Shown here: positions 9,556-18,789 of the stretch, piece by piece
Layout of the letters: each line of letters starts with the position of its first letter
Position numbering within the stretch: position 1 is the first letter of the stretch
NCBI RefSeq assembly: GCF_001465295.1
Contig: NZ_CP011034.1
Coordinates: 2,190,001 to 2,222,000 of the forward strand
DNA: 32,000 nt
Reading direction: 5' to 3'
Source: Pseudoalteromonas translucida KMM 520
GTDB taxonomy: Bacteria; Pseudomonadota; Gammaproteobacteria; Enterobacterales; Alteromonadaceae
The notes under the pieces: generated by a model
Told to the model about the DNA's origin: nothing
Seen by the model: the letters and a program-made list of their open reading frames with translations, nothing else
Databases searched by the model: none
Position numbers and translations under genes: made by a program

Positions 9556-10701
9556 TTATGCTTTTTCGCTAAAGCGATCTACCCACAAAGCAATAACGCC
9601 ATCACCGGTTACGTTACACGCAGTACCAAAACTGTCTTGTGCTAAATACAGGGCAATCATTAAAGCTACTGCGCCTTCATTAAAGCCTAGCATAGTTGTT
9701 AATAAACCCAATGCCGACATTACCGCACCACCTGGTGCACCTGGCGCGGCAATCATTACCACACCTAGCATCATAATAAATGGCAACATGCCTATTAATG
9801 ACGGGGCTTGCATACTTGGTGATAAAAACATGACCGCCATTGCACAGGTTACAATGGTAATTGTAGAGCCCGATAAATGAATAGTTGCACAAAGCGGAAC
9901 CGTAAAGTTGGCTACGTCTTCTTTTACACCATTCGACTTACTTGATTGTAATGATACCGGAATTGTTGCAGCGCTAGACATTGTGCCCAAAGCGGTAAAG
10001 TACGCTGGTAGCATATTTTTAATTAATTCGATTGGGTTGCGTTTCAATAACAAGCCTGTAGATACATATAAAACAGTAAGCCATAACCAGTGCATAACCA
10101 GCGCTGCAATAAGTACTACGCCAAATGCTTGTAGGGTATCAACAACTGTTCCTGCTACCGTCATTTCGGCAAATACACCTGCAATATAAAATGGTAATGC
10201 CGGTATTATCACCTTAGATAATAAGCTATCAACAATATCGCGCCCCTGATCTGACACCGTTTTAAGTGTAGTCAATTCAAGCTGACTCATGCCAATACCA
10301 AATATAAATGCGCTCATTAATGCAGTCATCACGCCCATTAGTGGCGGAATTTCTAAATCAATAAAGCTACCAACTTGTATCGCTGTTTCAGCTTCAAATG
10401 TAATACCGCCGCTTAAAAGCGGAATTACTGCGCTCACTAGTAAAAAAGCCAGTGTGCCAGCAATAACAGTAGAGCCATAAGCAAAACCAACTGTTTTGCC
10501 TAATAAGTGCCCCGACCCTTTTGGTAGCCCAGCAATACCCGATGCAATAAAAAATAAAATGATCAGCGGTATAGTAAAGGAGATCAATTGTCCGATCAGT
10601 TCTTTTACAGTATATAAAAGTTCAACGCCTATTAGTGGTAAATAGAGTCCAGCTAAGATACCGGCCACAATACCGGCAATTAATTTTAAGATTAACTTCA
10701 T
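9556..10701 (-). CDS. Dicarboxylate/amino acid:cation symporter (DAACS / SDF family)
   Basis: 381-aa polytopic ORF with SDF-family signatures (TMSSAATIPVS, PLCATIHLSGSTI, APGAPGGAVMSALGLL, AQDSFGTACNVTGDGV). The substrate cannot be assigned from sequence alone. Confidence 0.85.
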   Translation of the reverse strand: MKLILKLIAGIVAGILAGLYLPLIGVELLYTVKELIGQLISFTIPLIILFFIASGIAGLPKGSGHLLGKTVGFAYGSTVIAGTLAFLLVSAVIPLLSGGITFEAETAIQVGSFIDLEIPPLMGVMTALMSAFIFGIGMSQLELTTLKTVSDQGRDIVDSLLSKVIIPALPFYIAGVFAEMTVAGTVVDTLQAFGVVLIAALVMHWLWLTVLYVSTGLLLKRNPIELIKNMLPAYFTALGTMSSAATIPVSLQSSKSNGVKEDVANFTVPLCATIHLSGSTITIVTCAMAVMFLSPSMQAPSLIGMLPFIMMLGVVMIAAPGAPGGAVMSALGLLTTMLGFNEGAVALMIALYLAQDSFGTACNVTGDGVIALWVDRFSEKA

Positions 10702-11194
10702 TGTGATTGCTTTCTTGAATTTAGATACTGTGTTTTTATCATGTTTTGCATAGCTTGTATCATAAAACTGTTCAACTGCAGTTCATTTGCACAAATAAGC
10801 AACAATACGGTGAGTATTAAGTCTTTAATAGATTAATTGTTAAAATATAAATAAATATAACGCGCCTCTCACAAGCTTATTTCTTCACTAAAGTAACACT
10901 TGTAATAATCACGAGGCCAAGTTTTTATTTAATTAGGATTTATTTATCTTTTAAGCGTTGTTAGCGCTAATTAATTGGCAGTAACCACATTAGGTACGCC
11001 CTACCTAGCTTAAAAACCAACCACACTGCGGTAAATTCAAGCACGAGGAATAAACATATGCTCGTTATAAGCCCAATAAATATATGTTATAGCCAAACTT
11101 TACTTTAATTTTTTTAAACTCACAGTAAAGTATGCTTATATAGTTAATAGCAAAACTACTAACATGTTAAGCGGATTGTATCCAAAGGAACATT

Positions 11195-12163
11195 ATGTCT
11201 ACTATTTTTGAAGATAACTCACTAAGCATTGGTAATACACCGCTGGTAAAACTTAACCGTGTTACCGGTGGCAACGTATACGCTAAAATTGAATCTCGCA
11301 ACCCAAGCTTTAGTATAAAATGTCGTATTGGTGCATCAATGATTTGGGAAGCTGAAAAATCGGGGCAGCTAACTAAAGATAAAGAACTTATTGAGCCTAC
11401 ATCTGGTAATACCGGTATTGCGCTGGCGTTTGTGGCAGCATCTCGAGGCTATAAACTAACCCTTACCATGCCAAATACTATGAGTTTAGAGCGCCGAAAA
11501 CTGCTCAAAGCTTTAGGTGCAAACCTAGTACTAACCGACGGCGCAAAAGGTATGAACGGTGCAATTGATAAAGCAAAAGAAATTCAAGCAACCGATCCCG
11601 ATAAATATATTTTATTACAACAATTCGAAAACCCGGCAAACCCTAAAATTCACTTTGAAACCACAGGTCCTGAAATTTATGATGCCCTTGATGGTAAAGT
11701 AGACTTTTTTGTTGCTGGCGTTGGTACTGGCGGCACTATTACTGGTGTTAGTCGCTACCTTAAAAACGAAAAAGGTCTCAATGTAAAATCAATTGCTGTT
11801 GAGCCAACAAACTCACCGGTTATTAGCCAAACACTAGCAGGTGAAGAAATTAAGCCTGGCCCACATAAAATTCAAGGTATTGGTGCTGGCTTTATTCCTG
11901 GTAACTTAGATTTAAGTGTTATTGATGGTGCAGAGCAAGTGTCTAACGAAGATGCTATTGCGATGGCACACTTACTAATGAGACAAGAAGGTATATTAGT
12001 GGGTATTTCATCTGGCGCAGCAGTTGTTGCAGCAAAGCGCATTGCTGAAAAGCCTGAGAATGCAGATAAAAATGTAGTGGTTATTTTACCAAGTGCCACA
12101 GAGCGCTATTTATCAAGCCCCATGTTTGATGAAGAGTTTAGTGAACAAGAGCTCGTACAGTAA
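11195..12163 (+). CDS. cysK: Cysteine synthase A (O-acetylserine sulfhydrylase)
   Basis: 322 aa. [11 protein letters not shown], the PLP-lysine motif [23 protein letters not shown] and [10 protein letters not shown] all match CysK. SD aaggaa lies 6 nt upstream of the ATG. Confidence 0.96.
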   Translation: MSTIFEDNSLSIGNTPLVKLNRVTGGNVYAKIESRNPSFSIKCRIGASMIWEAEKSGQLTKDKELIEPTSGNTGIALAFVAASRGYKLTLTMPNTMSLERRKLLKALGANLVLTDGAKGMNGAIDKAKEIQATDPDKYILLQQFENPANPKIHFETTGPEIYDALDGKVDFFVAGVGTGGTITGVSRYLKNEKGLNVKSIAVEPTNSPVISQTLAGEEIKPGPHKIQGIGAGFIPGNLDLSVIDGAEQVSNEDAIAMAHLLMRQEGILVGISSGAAVVAAKRIAEKPENADKNVVVILPSATERYLSSPMFDEEFSEQELVQ

Positions 12164-12176
12164 TTATTTTGTTGGG

Positions 12177-12203
12177 AAAAGGATGCGCTTAGCATCCTTT
12201 TTT
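12177..12203 (+). terminator. Rho-independent terminator of cysK
   Basis: aaaaggatgc-gctta-gcatcctttttt hairpin followed by a T-run. Confidence 0.8.
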
Positions 12204-12277
12204 ATTACTTATTTATTCGCCCCCCTTTACATCCGTGCAATAAAGCCACACACTTTGTAAAGAATGAATAAATTATA

Positions 12278-12718
12278 TTGATGATGAAAAAACTAACCTC
12301 TTTTTTAAGCTTAACTTTTTGCCTATTTATTATTAGCTGCACTGAAGAAGTTGCCCAAGTTAATAGCACTCCGGGCGATGCTGCAACCGCTTATTTTGAC
12401 GCGCTTTATAATCAAAAAAATCTGCACAAAGCCAGCACTATGGCAACCCCAAACCTTGCCCGCATTATGAAATCATACGGTACTGCTAAGCAATTTTCTC
12501 GCACCTTAGTAAACATGCAATATGATCAAGTAGTCATAGAAGTTGATATGTCTAATATGAGCTTGCGTGAGCAATATGGCGATTCGGCTAAAATTAATCT
12601 TATATTTACCGGCACTCTAAATGGTAAAAGAATTGATGATATGCGCAGCGTTAAAATGCGCCATAAAAAAGGCCTATGGTATATAGATAAAATAGTGACC
12701 GATCCTTACGCTCGTTAA
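12278..12718 (+). CDS. Hypothetical lipoprotein
   Basis: 146 aa. Signal peptide with lipobox LFIISC. The ORF-track start is TTG; ATG at 12281 or 12284 is an equally plausible start. No family recognised. Confidence 0.7.
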   Translation: MMMKKLTSFLSLTFCLFIISCTEEVAQVNSTPGDAATAYFDALYNQKNLHKASTMATPNLARIMKSYGTAKQFSRTLVNMQYDQVVIEVDMSNMSLREQYGDSAKINLIFTGTLNGKRIDDMRSVKMRHKKGLWYIDKIVTDPYAR

Positions 12719-12736
12719 CTTAAATGAATTAAACGC

Positions 12737-12770
12737 AAAAAGGCCTTACATTTGTAAGGCCTTTTCGTTT
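12737..12770. terminator. Bidirectional terminator between the lipoprotein gene and fadE
   Basis: ggccttac-attt-gtaaggcc (8-bp stem) flanked by an A-run on the left and a T-run on the right, between convergent genes. Confidence 0.8.
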
Positions 12771-12802
12771 TAGTTATTATTTTTATTGCTTATATCACTG
12801 CG

Positions 12803-15088
12803 TTACAGTTCACCAGGTTGAAAGTTGTCAACTGCTATGGCTTGCTTTCTTAACTTATTAGCATGATGCATTGCATCGGCATCGGTTTGCTTTAATAAAT
12901 CGTTTTCAAGCGCGTAATTAATCGCCCCCTCAATATCAAGCGTAGCGGGCACCTTCCCTTTACGCTGCCATTGTTTTAGATCTTTAAATTGTGTTTGCAT
13001 ATCATGCATTGCTAAAAATGCACTTTCCATTACACCTGTCCCCGCATTTTCATCCACATAACATAAATGCGTTAAGCGATTTCTAAATACACCAGGTTGA
13101 GTCATATGCTTACAAATGCTTTGTGCAATGGCATCACTTGGTTTGTGATAATGATTACCAAGTGGGAATACAATACGCTTGAGCACAAAGTTAACCACTG
13201 GGTTTGAGAAGTTTTTAAAGAAACCATCAAATGCTTGGCCAATTTCATACAATGACGTTTCTATTGCGTATTTAACAAAGGGTAAGTCGGCTTGTTGACG
13301 CCCTTCGTCTTCAAAACGTTTTAGTACGGTTGACGCTAAGTACAAATGACTTAGTACATCACCTAAACGTGCCGATATCATTTCTTTACGTTTAAGCTCT
13401 CCGCCTAACATGAGCATGGCTACATCTGTACATATGGCAAGACCGCGGCTCATTCTTGTCAATTGCTTATAGTAAACTGCCGTTTCGCCACTTACCGGTG
13501 CTTTGGCAAAGCAACTACGCGTTAAACCATGCACAAATGCCATGCTGGCGTTGCACGCGGCAAACATAATATGGTTCATTAATAAACCATCAAATTGCTC
13601 CAATGCAGCGTCATCATCTTCCATCGCTGCCGCTTCCATTTCTTTTAATACAAACGGATGACAACGTGTTGCACCTTGGCCAAATATCATTAAGTTACGC
13701 GTTAAAATATTAGCGCCTTCTACCGTAATCGATACCGGGATCCCCATATAGCCATGCGCTAAATAGTTATTTGGACCAACCTGAATGCCTTTACCAGAAT
13801 GAATATCCATCGCATCGTTCATTACTGTACGACCCATTTCAGTCATATGGTATTTAGCAATAGCGGTAACAACTGAAGGGCTGAGTTTTAAATCAATTGC
13901 ACCCGCTGTCATTAAACGACACGACTCAAGCGCATAGGTTAAACCACCAATACGTGCAAGTGCTTCTTGTACACCTTCAAACTGACCAATAGACACACCA
14001 AACTGTTGGCGTACCATGGCGTAAGCCGAGGTCATTTTAGCGGCTAAATGCCCTGTTGCAGTACTTAACGCCGGCAATGAAATACCACGCCCTGCACTTA
14101 AGCACTCAACCAACATGCGCCAACCACGTCCAGCGCCTTGTTGCCCGCCTATAATCCAATCAAGTGGAATAAACACATCTTTACCGTATGTTGTGCCATT
14201 CATAAATGCCATATTTAGTGGGTAATGGCGCTCGCCGGTTTCAACTCCTGGATGATCAGTAGGGATAAGCGCACAGGTAATTCCCAGCTCTTTTTCTCCA
14301 CCTAATAAACCATCAGGATCATACATTTTAAAGGCAAGCCCTAAAACCGTAGCCACAGGCGCAAGCGTAATATAACGCTTTGACCAATTTAAACGCAGGC
14401 CTAAAACCTCCTCGCCATTATGATCCCCCATACACACCACGCCTGAGTCAGGAATACTTCCTGCATCAGATCCGGCTTCTGGGCCTGTTAGTGCAAAACA
14501 AGGTACATCTTCACCAGTCGCCAACGTAGGCAACCAGCGATTTTGTTGCTCTGTAGTACCGTAATGCAGTAGTAATTCACCTGGGCCTAAGCTATTAGGT
14601 ACCATTACGGTAACAGCCGCTGTTAAGCTTTTTGTGGCAATTTTTGACACTATAGTAGAGTTTGCAATCGCAGAAAATTCACGCCCACCAAATTTTTCAG
14701 GAATTATTAACGCAAAAAAACCTTCCGATTTTAAGTAATCCCAAACATCTTTTGGTAAGTCTTTATCTTTTTGCACAATTTGATAATCGTCAAGCATAGC
14801 CAATAAGGTTTCTACTTGATTATCCATAAAGGCGTTTTCTTTATCACTTAGTTCAGGCTTAGGAAAGCGATGTAGCTTTTGCCAATCAGGGTTGCCACTA
14901 AATAGCTCGCCATCCCACCAAACGTCTCCGGCTTCCATTGCTTCACGCTCGGTTTGCGATAACGGCGGCAATACCTTTTTAAACATTTTAAAGGTAGGTC
15001 GACTGATTAAATTGAGGCGAATATTTTTAACTGCAAATATAACCACCACCACCACGACCAGTAATATAATAAAAAATGTCATGTGCAT
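12803..15088 (-). CDS. fadE: Acyl-CoA dehydrogenase FadE
   Basis: 761 aa with an N-terminal TM segment, collinear with E. coli FadE (FKKVLPPLSQTEREAMEAGDVWWDGELFSG; NSLGPGELLLHYGT; CFALTGPEAGSDAGSIPD; NKRYITLAPVATVLGLAFK). Confidence 0.95.
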   Translation of the reverse strand: MHMTFFIILLVVVVVVIFAVKNIRLNLISRPTFKMFKKVLPPLSQTEREAMEAGDVWWDGELFSGNPDWQKLHRFPKPELSDKENAFMDNQVETLLAMLDDYQIVQKDKDLPKDVWDYLKSEGFFALIIPEKFGGREFSAIANSTIVSKIATKSLTAAVTVMVPNSLGPGELLLHYGTTEQQNRWLPTLATGEDVPCFALTGPEAGSDAGSIPDSGVVCMGDHNGEEVLGLRLNWSKRYITLAPVATVLGLAFKMYDPDGLLGGEKELGITCALIPTDHPGVETGERHYPLNMAFMNGTTYGKDVFIPLDWIIGGQQGAGRGWRMLVECLSAGRGISLPALSTATGHLAAKMTSAYAMVRQQFGVSIGQFEGVQEALARIGGLTYALESCRLMTAGAIDLKLSPSVVTAIAKYHMTEMGRTVMNDAMDIHSGKGIQVGPNNYLAHGYMGIPVSITVEGANILTRNLMIFGQGATRCHPFVLKEMEAAAMEDDDAALEQFDGLLMNHIMFAACNASMAFVHGLTRSCFAKAPVSGETAVYYKQLTRMSRGLAICTDVAMLMLGGELKRKEMISARLGDVLSHLYLASTVLKRFEDEGRQQADLPFVKYAIETSLYEIGQAFDGFFKNFSNPVVNFVLKRIVFPLGNHYHKPSDAIAQSICKHMTQPGVFRNRLTHLCYVDENAGTGVMESAFLAMHDMQTQFKDLKQWQRKGKVPATLDIEGAINYALENDLLKQTDADAMHHANKLRKQAIAVDNFQPGEL

Positions 15089-15467
15089 ATTCCTTGATAC
15101 ATTGAATGAAAATAGTGGTTTAATTATGACCGTTCTCTAGTTAAATACAATCATTCTTCAGTCGTAAGTTATGCTTAGTTTGCTTAATGTCATCACTATT
15201 AAGTTAATCAATAACGATAGTTAACCTGAGCTCCGGATAATAAATCTATCTCAAGCAGCTATTTCCAGCGCTAACTGCGTTGAATTTACTTGCAATAGGC
15301 CAGCTATTGACGCGTAAATTCGCCTTATTTTTACTGAAAATCTCTGGCTAGCGAAAATAAAGTTAAATATAACTATGATTCAATACGTTAGTAAATCTCT
15401 TAACCAGAGATCAGGTTAGTTAATAATTAGCTATCGCTTTGCGCCCATTTACTTTACAAAAAATCAC

Positions 15468-15505
15468 AAAAAAGCCCGCTTAGTAATAAGCGGGCTTTTT
15501 ATTTT
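15468..15505 (-). terminator. Terminator of the outer-membrane protein gene (symmetrical, could act on both strands)
   Basis: gcccgctta-gtaa-taagcgggc (9-bp stem) flanked by A-runs and T-runs on both sides, about 40 nt after the stop at 15537. Confidence 0.8.
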
Positions 15506-15536
15506 TGTTATTAAATAAGCTAATTATCAGCCTTAA

Positions 15537-16340
15537 TTAAAACTGAAAACGCATGTTAGCAAAGTAAGCATCGTTGCCTGAATCATCAGCATTGTTACCG
15601 TAACCAACTTTAATACCTACATTTTCATTAATGAAATGCTGAGCACCAAAGCTGTAAGCATCTTGCTTGTTGTAGTTAGCGAATACAGATGTTCCTTTTG
15701 AGAAGTAGTAGTTAGTTTCTGCTACCCATTGGTTTTCTGCATCATCAATGCTCTCGTACTTACCTTCAAACGTTAAGTAGTTACCTTGCTGCAAGTCAAT
15801 AAAGTATTTAGCTGCAACTGCACGGTAATCAAAGTCGTCATCAGCGGTTACTGTTACACCAATGTAGTCAGTGCTGTTTAGCATGTGGTTGTAAGCTAAA
15901 TCAAATAACGCATAGTTATCGCCATCTTTATCTTCAACTAAAGTTACTTTAGCTAGTAAATTTGGGTTAAAAAAGAAACCACCTGACAATTTGTAAAGTT
16001 CATTGTGTGAACCAGTATCAAGGTTACTGTAAGATGCGCCTACTACAAAGTTGTTAATAAAGTATTCGCCACCAACTGAAGTTACGTCACTAGAGTCATC
16101 GTCAGCATAGCTGCCATATACATTACTTTGTTTATTAATGTATTCAAACTGATCGTACGGGCCTAAGGTTTTTTTAGGCGATAAATAGTAAATAGAATCC
16201 ACTGCAACTGTGTTGTTATTGCTGCTAGTTTCATGCTTAAAGCCTAGGTTACTAATTGACTGATAGCTATCTGCTGCCATTGCAGTGGTTGCAGCGCTAG
16301 ATAATAAAATACTTGAGATAATAACTGCTAACTTTTTCAT
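15537..16340 (-). CDS. Outer-membrane beta-barrel protein (putative porin)
   Basis: 267 aa. Signal peptide ending AMA-AD, alternating aromatic/hydrophilic strands, many Asp/Asn-rich loops, and a C-terminal aromatic signature (NMRFQF). Confidence 0.75.
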   Translation of the reverse strand: MKKLAVIISSILLSSAATTAMAADSYQSISNLGFKHETSSNNNTVAVDSIYYLSPKKTLGPYDQFEYINKQSNVYGSYADDDSSDVTSVGGEYFINNFVVGASYSNLDTGSHNELYKLSGGFFFNPNLLAKVTLVEDKDGDNYALFDLAYNHMLNSTDYIGVTVTADDDFDYRAVAAKYFIDLQQGNYLTFEGKYESIDDAENQWVAETNYYFSKGTSVFANYNKQDAYSFGAQHFINENVGIKVGYGNNADDSGNDAYFANMRFQF

Positions 16341-16539
16341 TATGATAAATCCCTATTTATATTACTTTTTACGTCTTAGCTGGGTAGCTGAGATCGAGGG
16401 ACATGCTAACGCTGTGAAACTGAATGAAAACTTAACTAAGCACTTGTATTTATTAAGTTAATTGTAATGAAGTGTAGGTATGTGTAAGATTAAAGTAATT
16501 GCAACACCGTGCTAACAACTACTTTAACTAAACTAAGTA

Positions 16540-16914
16540 TTACAGTGCATATTGGCTAATAATACGATAAACATCATTAATATTATCGCCAGACTTAAAG
16601 TCTTTACTAATAGGTGTAGGATCTGAGCCGACCCATATTTTCAGCTCGGCATCTAGATCAAAATGCCCTGCACTTTCTTTACTAAACTTTGTTATTTTTG
16701 AATAAGCTATACTGATCATTTCCATTTTAGAACCAGTAACCCCTTGTTTATCTATCAAGATTAATCGCTTGTTAGTAAAAATAAACATATCGCGTATTAC
16801 TTTATAAGCCTTTTCAACCTGCTCGCCTTCTATTAAGGTATTTAATAATACTTTTTCTAAATCGGCATCATCTACTTCGCTAGCGTTACCCATTAATCCA
16901 CTGAATAATCCCAT
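16540..16914 (-). CDS. Bacterial PH-domain protein (YokE-like, bPH)
   Basis: 124 aa. FIFTNKRLILIDKQGVTGSKMEMISIAYSKITKFSKESAGHFDLDAELKIWV matches the YokE-like bacterial pleckstrin-homology pattern. The start overlaps the upstream ATPase stop (TAATG) and has SD aggaga. Confidence 0.8.
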   Translation of the reverse strand: MGLFSGLMGNASEVDDADLEKVLLNTLIEGEQVEKAYKVIRDMFIFTNKRLILIDKQGVTGSKMEMISIAYSKITKFSKESAGHFDLDAELKIWVGSDPTPISKDFKSGDNINDVYRIISQYAL

Positions 16915-17822
16915 TATAATTTCTCCTGTTTAAAAATTTGATTCTCTAGGGTGTGCCCGTTCACAAGCTGCCTATATTGCCAGTTATGCTGATGGCAAAA
17001 GTTAAGCAATGCAATATCAAGCGGTTCACCTGTAGGCTGGTACTCAATTACAAACTCTTTATGTTGGCTCATATATACACGGCTTATACCTGCTATCGAT
17101 TGCAACTGCTGCTCTACATTTTGATAGTTTTCATTAAGCATTAGGGTATAAAAATGTGTATCTGACTTGTTTTCTTTGGTTTGGTGCTCGCTTAAAACGC
17201 CTTTATCTAAATGCAATACTTGCGAGCAAAGTCGCTCCAGCTCAGTTAAATCGTGCGAGCTTAAAATAAACGTAGCATGCTCACTTAAATCAGAAACCAG
17301 CTCGCGTACTTCTCTGGCATGAATAGGATCAAGCCCCGCAGTGGCTTCATCAAGCATTACAATTTGCGGTTCACCAATAAGCGCTTGTGCTATGGTTACA
17401 CGTTTACGCATACCGTGGGATAAGTCCCCTGCACGCTGCTTTGCTATTTCTTTTAGGCCAACTAAATCAAGTACACGTAGCGCCTCAGTTGTGCTTTGCT
17501 TATCGCCCATACCCTGCAGTTTTGCATAAAAGGCAAGTTGCTTATCTATATTAAAACGAGGGTCAAGCTGCGCATCTTGCGGTAATGCACTTACTTTATT
17601 AAATAAAGCCGCGCTGCCAGGTTTATGCCCTAATATTTCAAGGCTGCCTTTATTGGGCGCTATATAGCCGCATAACAAGCTAAATAAGGTGGTTTTACCC
17701 GCGCCATTTGGCCCAACAAGCGCCACTGGCGCGCCTTTATTAATTTCAAAGTTCACATTATTAAGTGCCAATTTTGCACCATACGATTTACTCAAACCGC
17801 TGCCTGTAATTAATGGTCTCAT
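16914..17822 (-). CDS. ABC transporter ATP-binding protein (ABC-2 type, with an extra C-terminal domain)
   Basis: 302 aa. Walker A GPNGAGKTT, signature LSHGMRKR, Walker B IVMLDEATAGLD, H-loop SSHD. An ATGA overlap links it to the upstream permease gene. Confidence 0.93.
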   Translation of the reverse strand: MRPLITGSGLSKSYGAKLALNNVNFEINKGAPVALVGPNGAGKTTLFSLLCGYIAPNKGSLEILGHKPGSAALFNKVSALPQDAQLDPRFNIDKQLAFYAKLQGMGDKQSTTEALRVLDLVGLKEIAKQRAGDLSHGMRKRVTIAQALIGEPQIVMLDEATAGLDPIHAREVRELVSDLSEHATFILSSHDLTELERLCSQVLHLDKGVLSEHQTKENKSDTHFYTLMLNENYQNVEQQLQSIAGISRVYMSQHKEFVIEYQPTGEPLDIALLNFCHQHNWQYRQLVNGHTLENQIFKQEKL

Positions 17823-18646
17823 AGTGAGCTCCTTGCAAAAACACGCTGAGCAATGCTTAGTAACACCGCTGTTTGAATCAGTGGAATAGCCACGGCGCTT
17901 AATAATGGTAAATTTTGTCCCGCTAATAGCTCTATTTGTACACCCGGAAATAAATAATCAAGCATACCTAATGCAGGTATTTGCCACTGCAATATACCAA
18001 CAACAATACCGCCTGCCGTAAAATATAAAATTGCCAACACTATAGATAACCGCGATGAGCGAGCAAAGGTATTTATCAACGTCATCAGTGCTACAAATGG
18101 GCACAGAGTAACCACTAATATTAAAAATATAGAAAGTGCGCGGACAAACCCACCAGCAAGTAAACTTGGATCTCTAAACCCCAACACAGCGAGCGTTGCC
18201 ACTAGGGTAATACCCACCAAGCATGCTAATACCGCTAATTGCCCTAAAAAACGACCAAAGAGTATTTCAAAACGTGTTGAACGCAGCGATAAAAAGCGAA
18301 GCGTGCCACGCTCTCTATCGCCTACCGTTTGGTCGCTGCAAATAAACACACTAAATATCGGAAAGCTATACAAAGCAATCAGCCAATACATAGCAAACTC
18401 GGCCTCAGGCCAGTCAAGTAATTTACTTAAACCTATAGAGCCAGATATATCACGGGCGATTTGTTCAAAATCGGGCGCACTTACAATGCCTACCGCTTGC
18501 CCTATTGGGTAGCGCAGTATTATTAGCCACACCAATGCAAAGGCAGCTAATGCAATGAGCCCACGTTTAGTTAAAAACATACGTACGAGCTCAAAGCCTG
18601 CTATTTGCGTTAGTCGCCCTATGTTTATCGGTAATGGTGTTGCCAT
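17819..18646 (-). CDS. ABC-2 family transporter permease
   Basis: 275 aa with about 6 predicted hydrophobic spans. Translationally coupled to the ATPase. SD aaggatag upstream. Confidence 0.8.
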   Translation of the reverse strand: MATPLPINIGRLTQIAGFELVRMFLTKRGLIALAAFALVWLIILRYPIGQAVGIVSAPDFEQIARDISGSIGLSKLLDWPEAEFAMYWLIALYSFPIFSVFICSDQTVGDRERGTLRFLSLRSTRFEILFGRFLGQLAVLACLVGITLVATLAVLGFRDPSLLAGGFVRALSIFLILVVTLCPFVALMTLINTFARSSRLSIVLAILYFTAGGIVVGILQWQIPALGMLDYLFPGVQIELLAGQNLPLLSAVAIPLIQTAVLLSIAQRVFARSSL

Positions 18647-18681
18647 TGACTATCCTTAATGACTTTTTGTTTTCAGTATAT

Positions 18682-18690
18682 TTATCCACA
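18682..18690 (+). promoter_or_regulatory. Perfect DnaA-box consensus 9-mer
   Basis: TTATCCACA, 36 nt upstream of the permease start codon in the 143-bp intergenic region. Confidence 0.3.
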
Positions 18691-18718
18691 CTAAGTGTAA
18701 ACACCTTGAATTACCAGC

Positions 18719-18744
18719 AAAAAAAAGCTCACCTATGGTGAGCT
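18719..18744 (-). terminator. Rho-independent terminator of metC
   Basis: The minus strand reads agctcacc-ata-ggtgagct followed by TTTTTTTT, about 45 nt after the metC stop. Confidence 0.8.
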
Positions 18745-18789
18745 TTGTAACAATACATTTTAATGTAATAGCATAAATTACATTAAAAA

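Noticed and set aside
9524-10480. Plus-strand ORFs 9524-9880, 9908-10189 and 10289-10480, and minus-strand ORF 9680-9892, over the DAACS transporter gene
   Set aside because: They are antisense or out-of-frame shadows of a well-supported membrane-protein CDS, and their composition mirrors the real gene. The same reasoning applies to the embedded ORFs inside uvrC, fadE, the ABC genes, metC, nudC, rhlE, the hydrolase-OsmC gene and aspS.
15042-15061. (ACC)n-type trinucleotide run inside fadE
   Set aside because: It simply encodes the VVVVVV stretch of the N-terminal transmembrane helix. Slippage would stay in frame, and there is no evidence of phase variation.
15401-15418. Interpretation of the fadE-upstream palindrome as a FadR box
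   Set aside because: Aligning it by eye to the E. coli FadR consensus (ANCTGGTCNGAYNTGTT) gives a poor match in either orientation. It is kept only as an unassigned palindrome.
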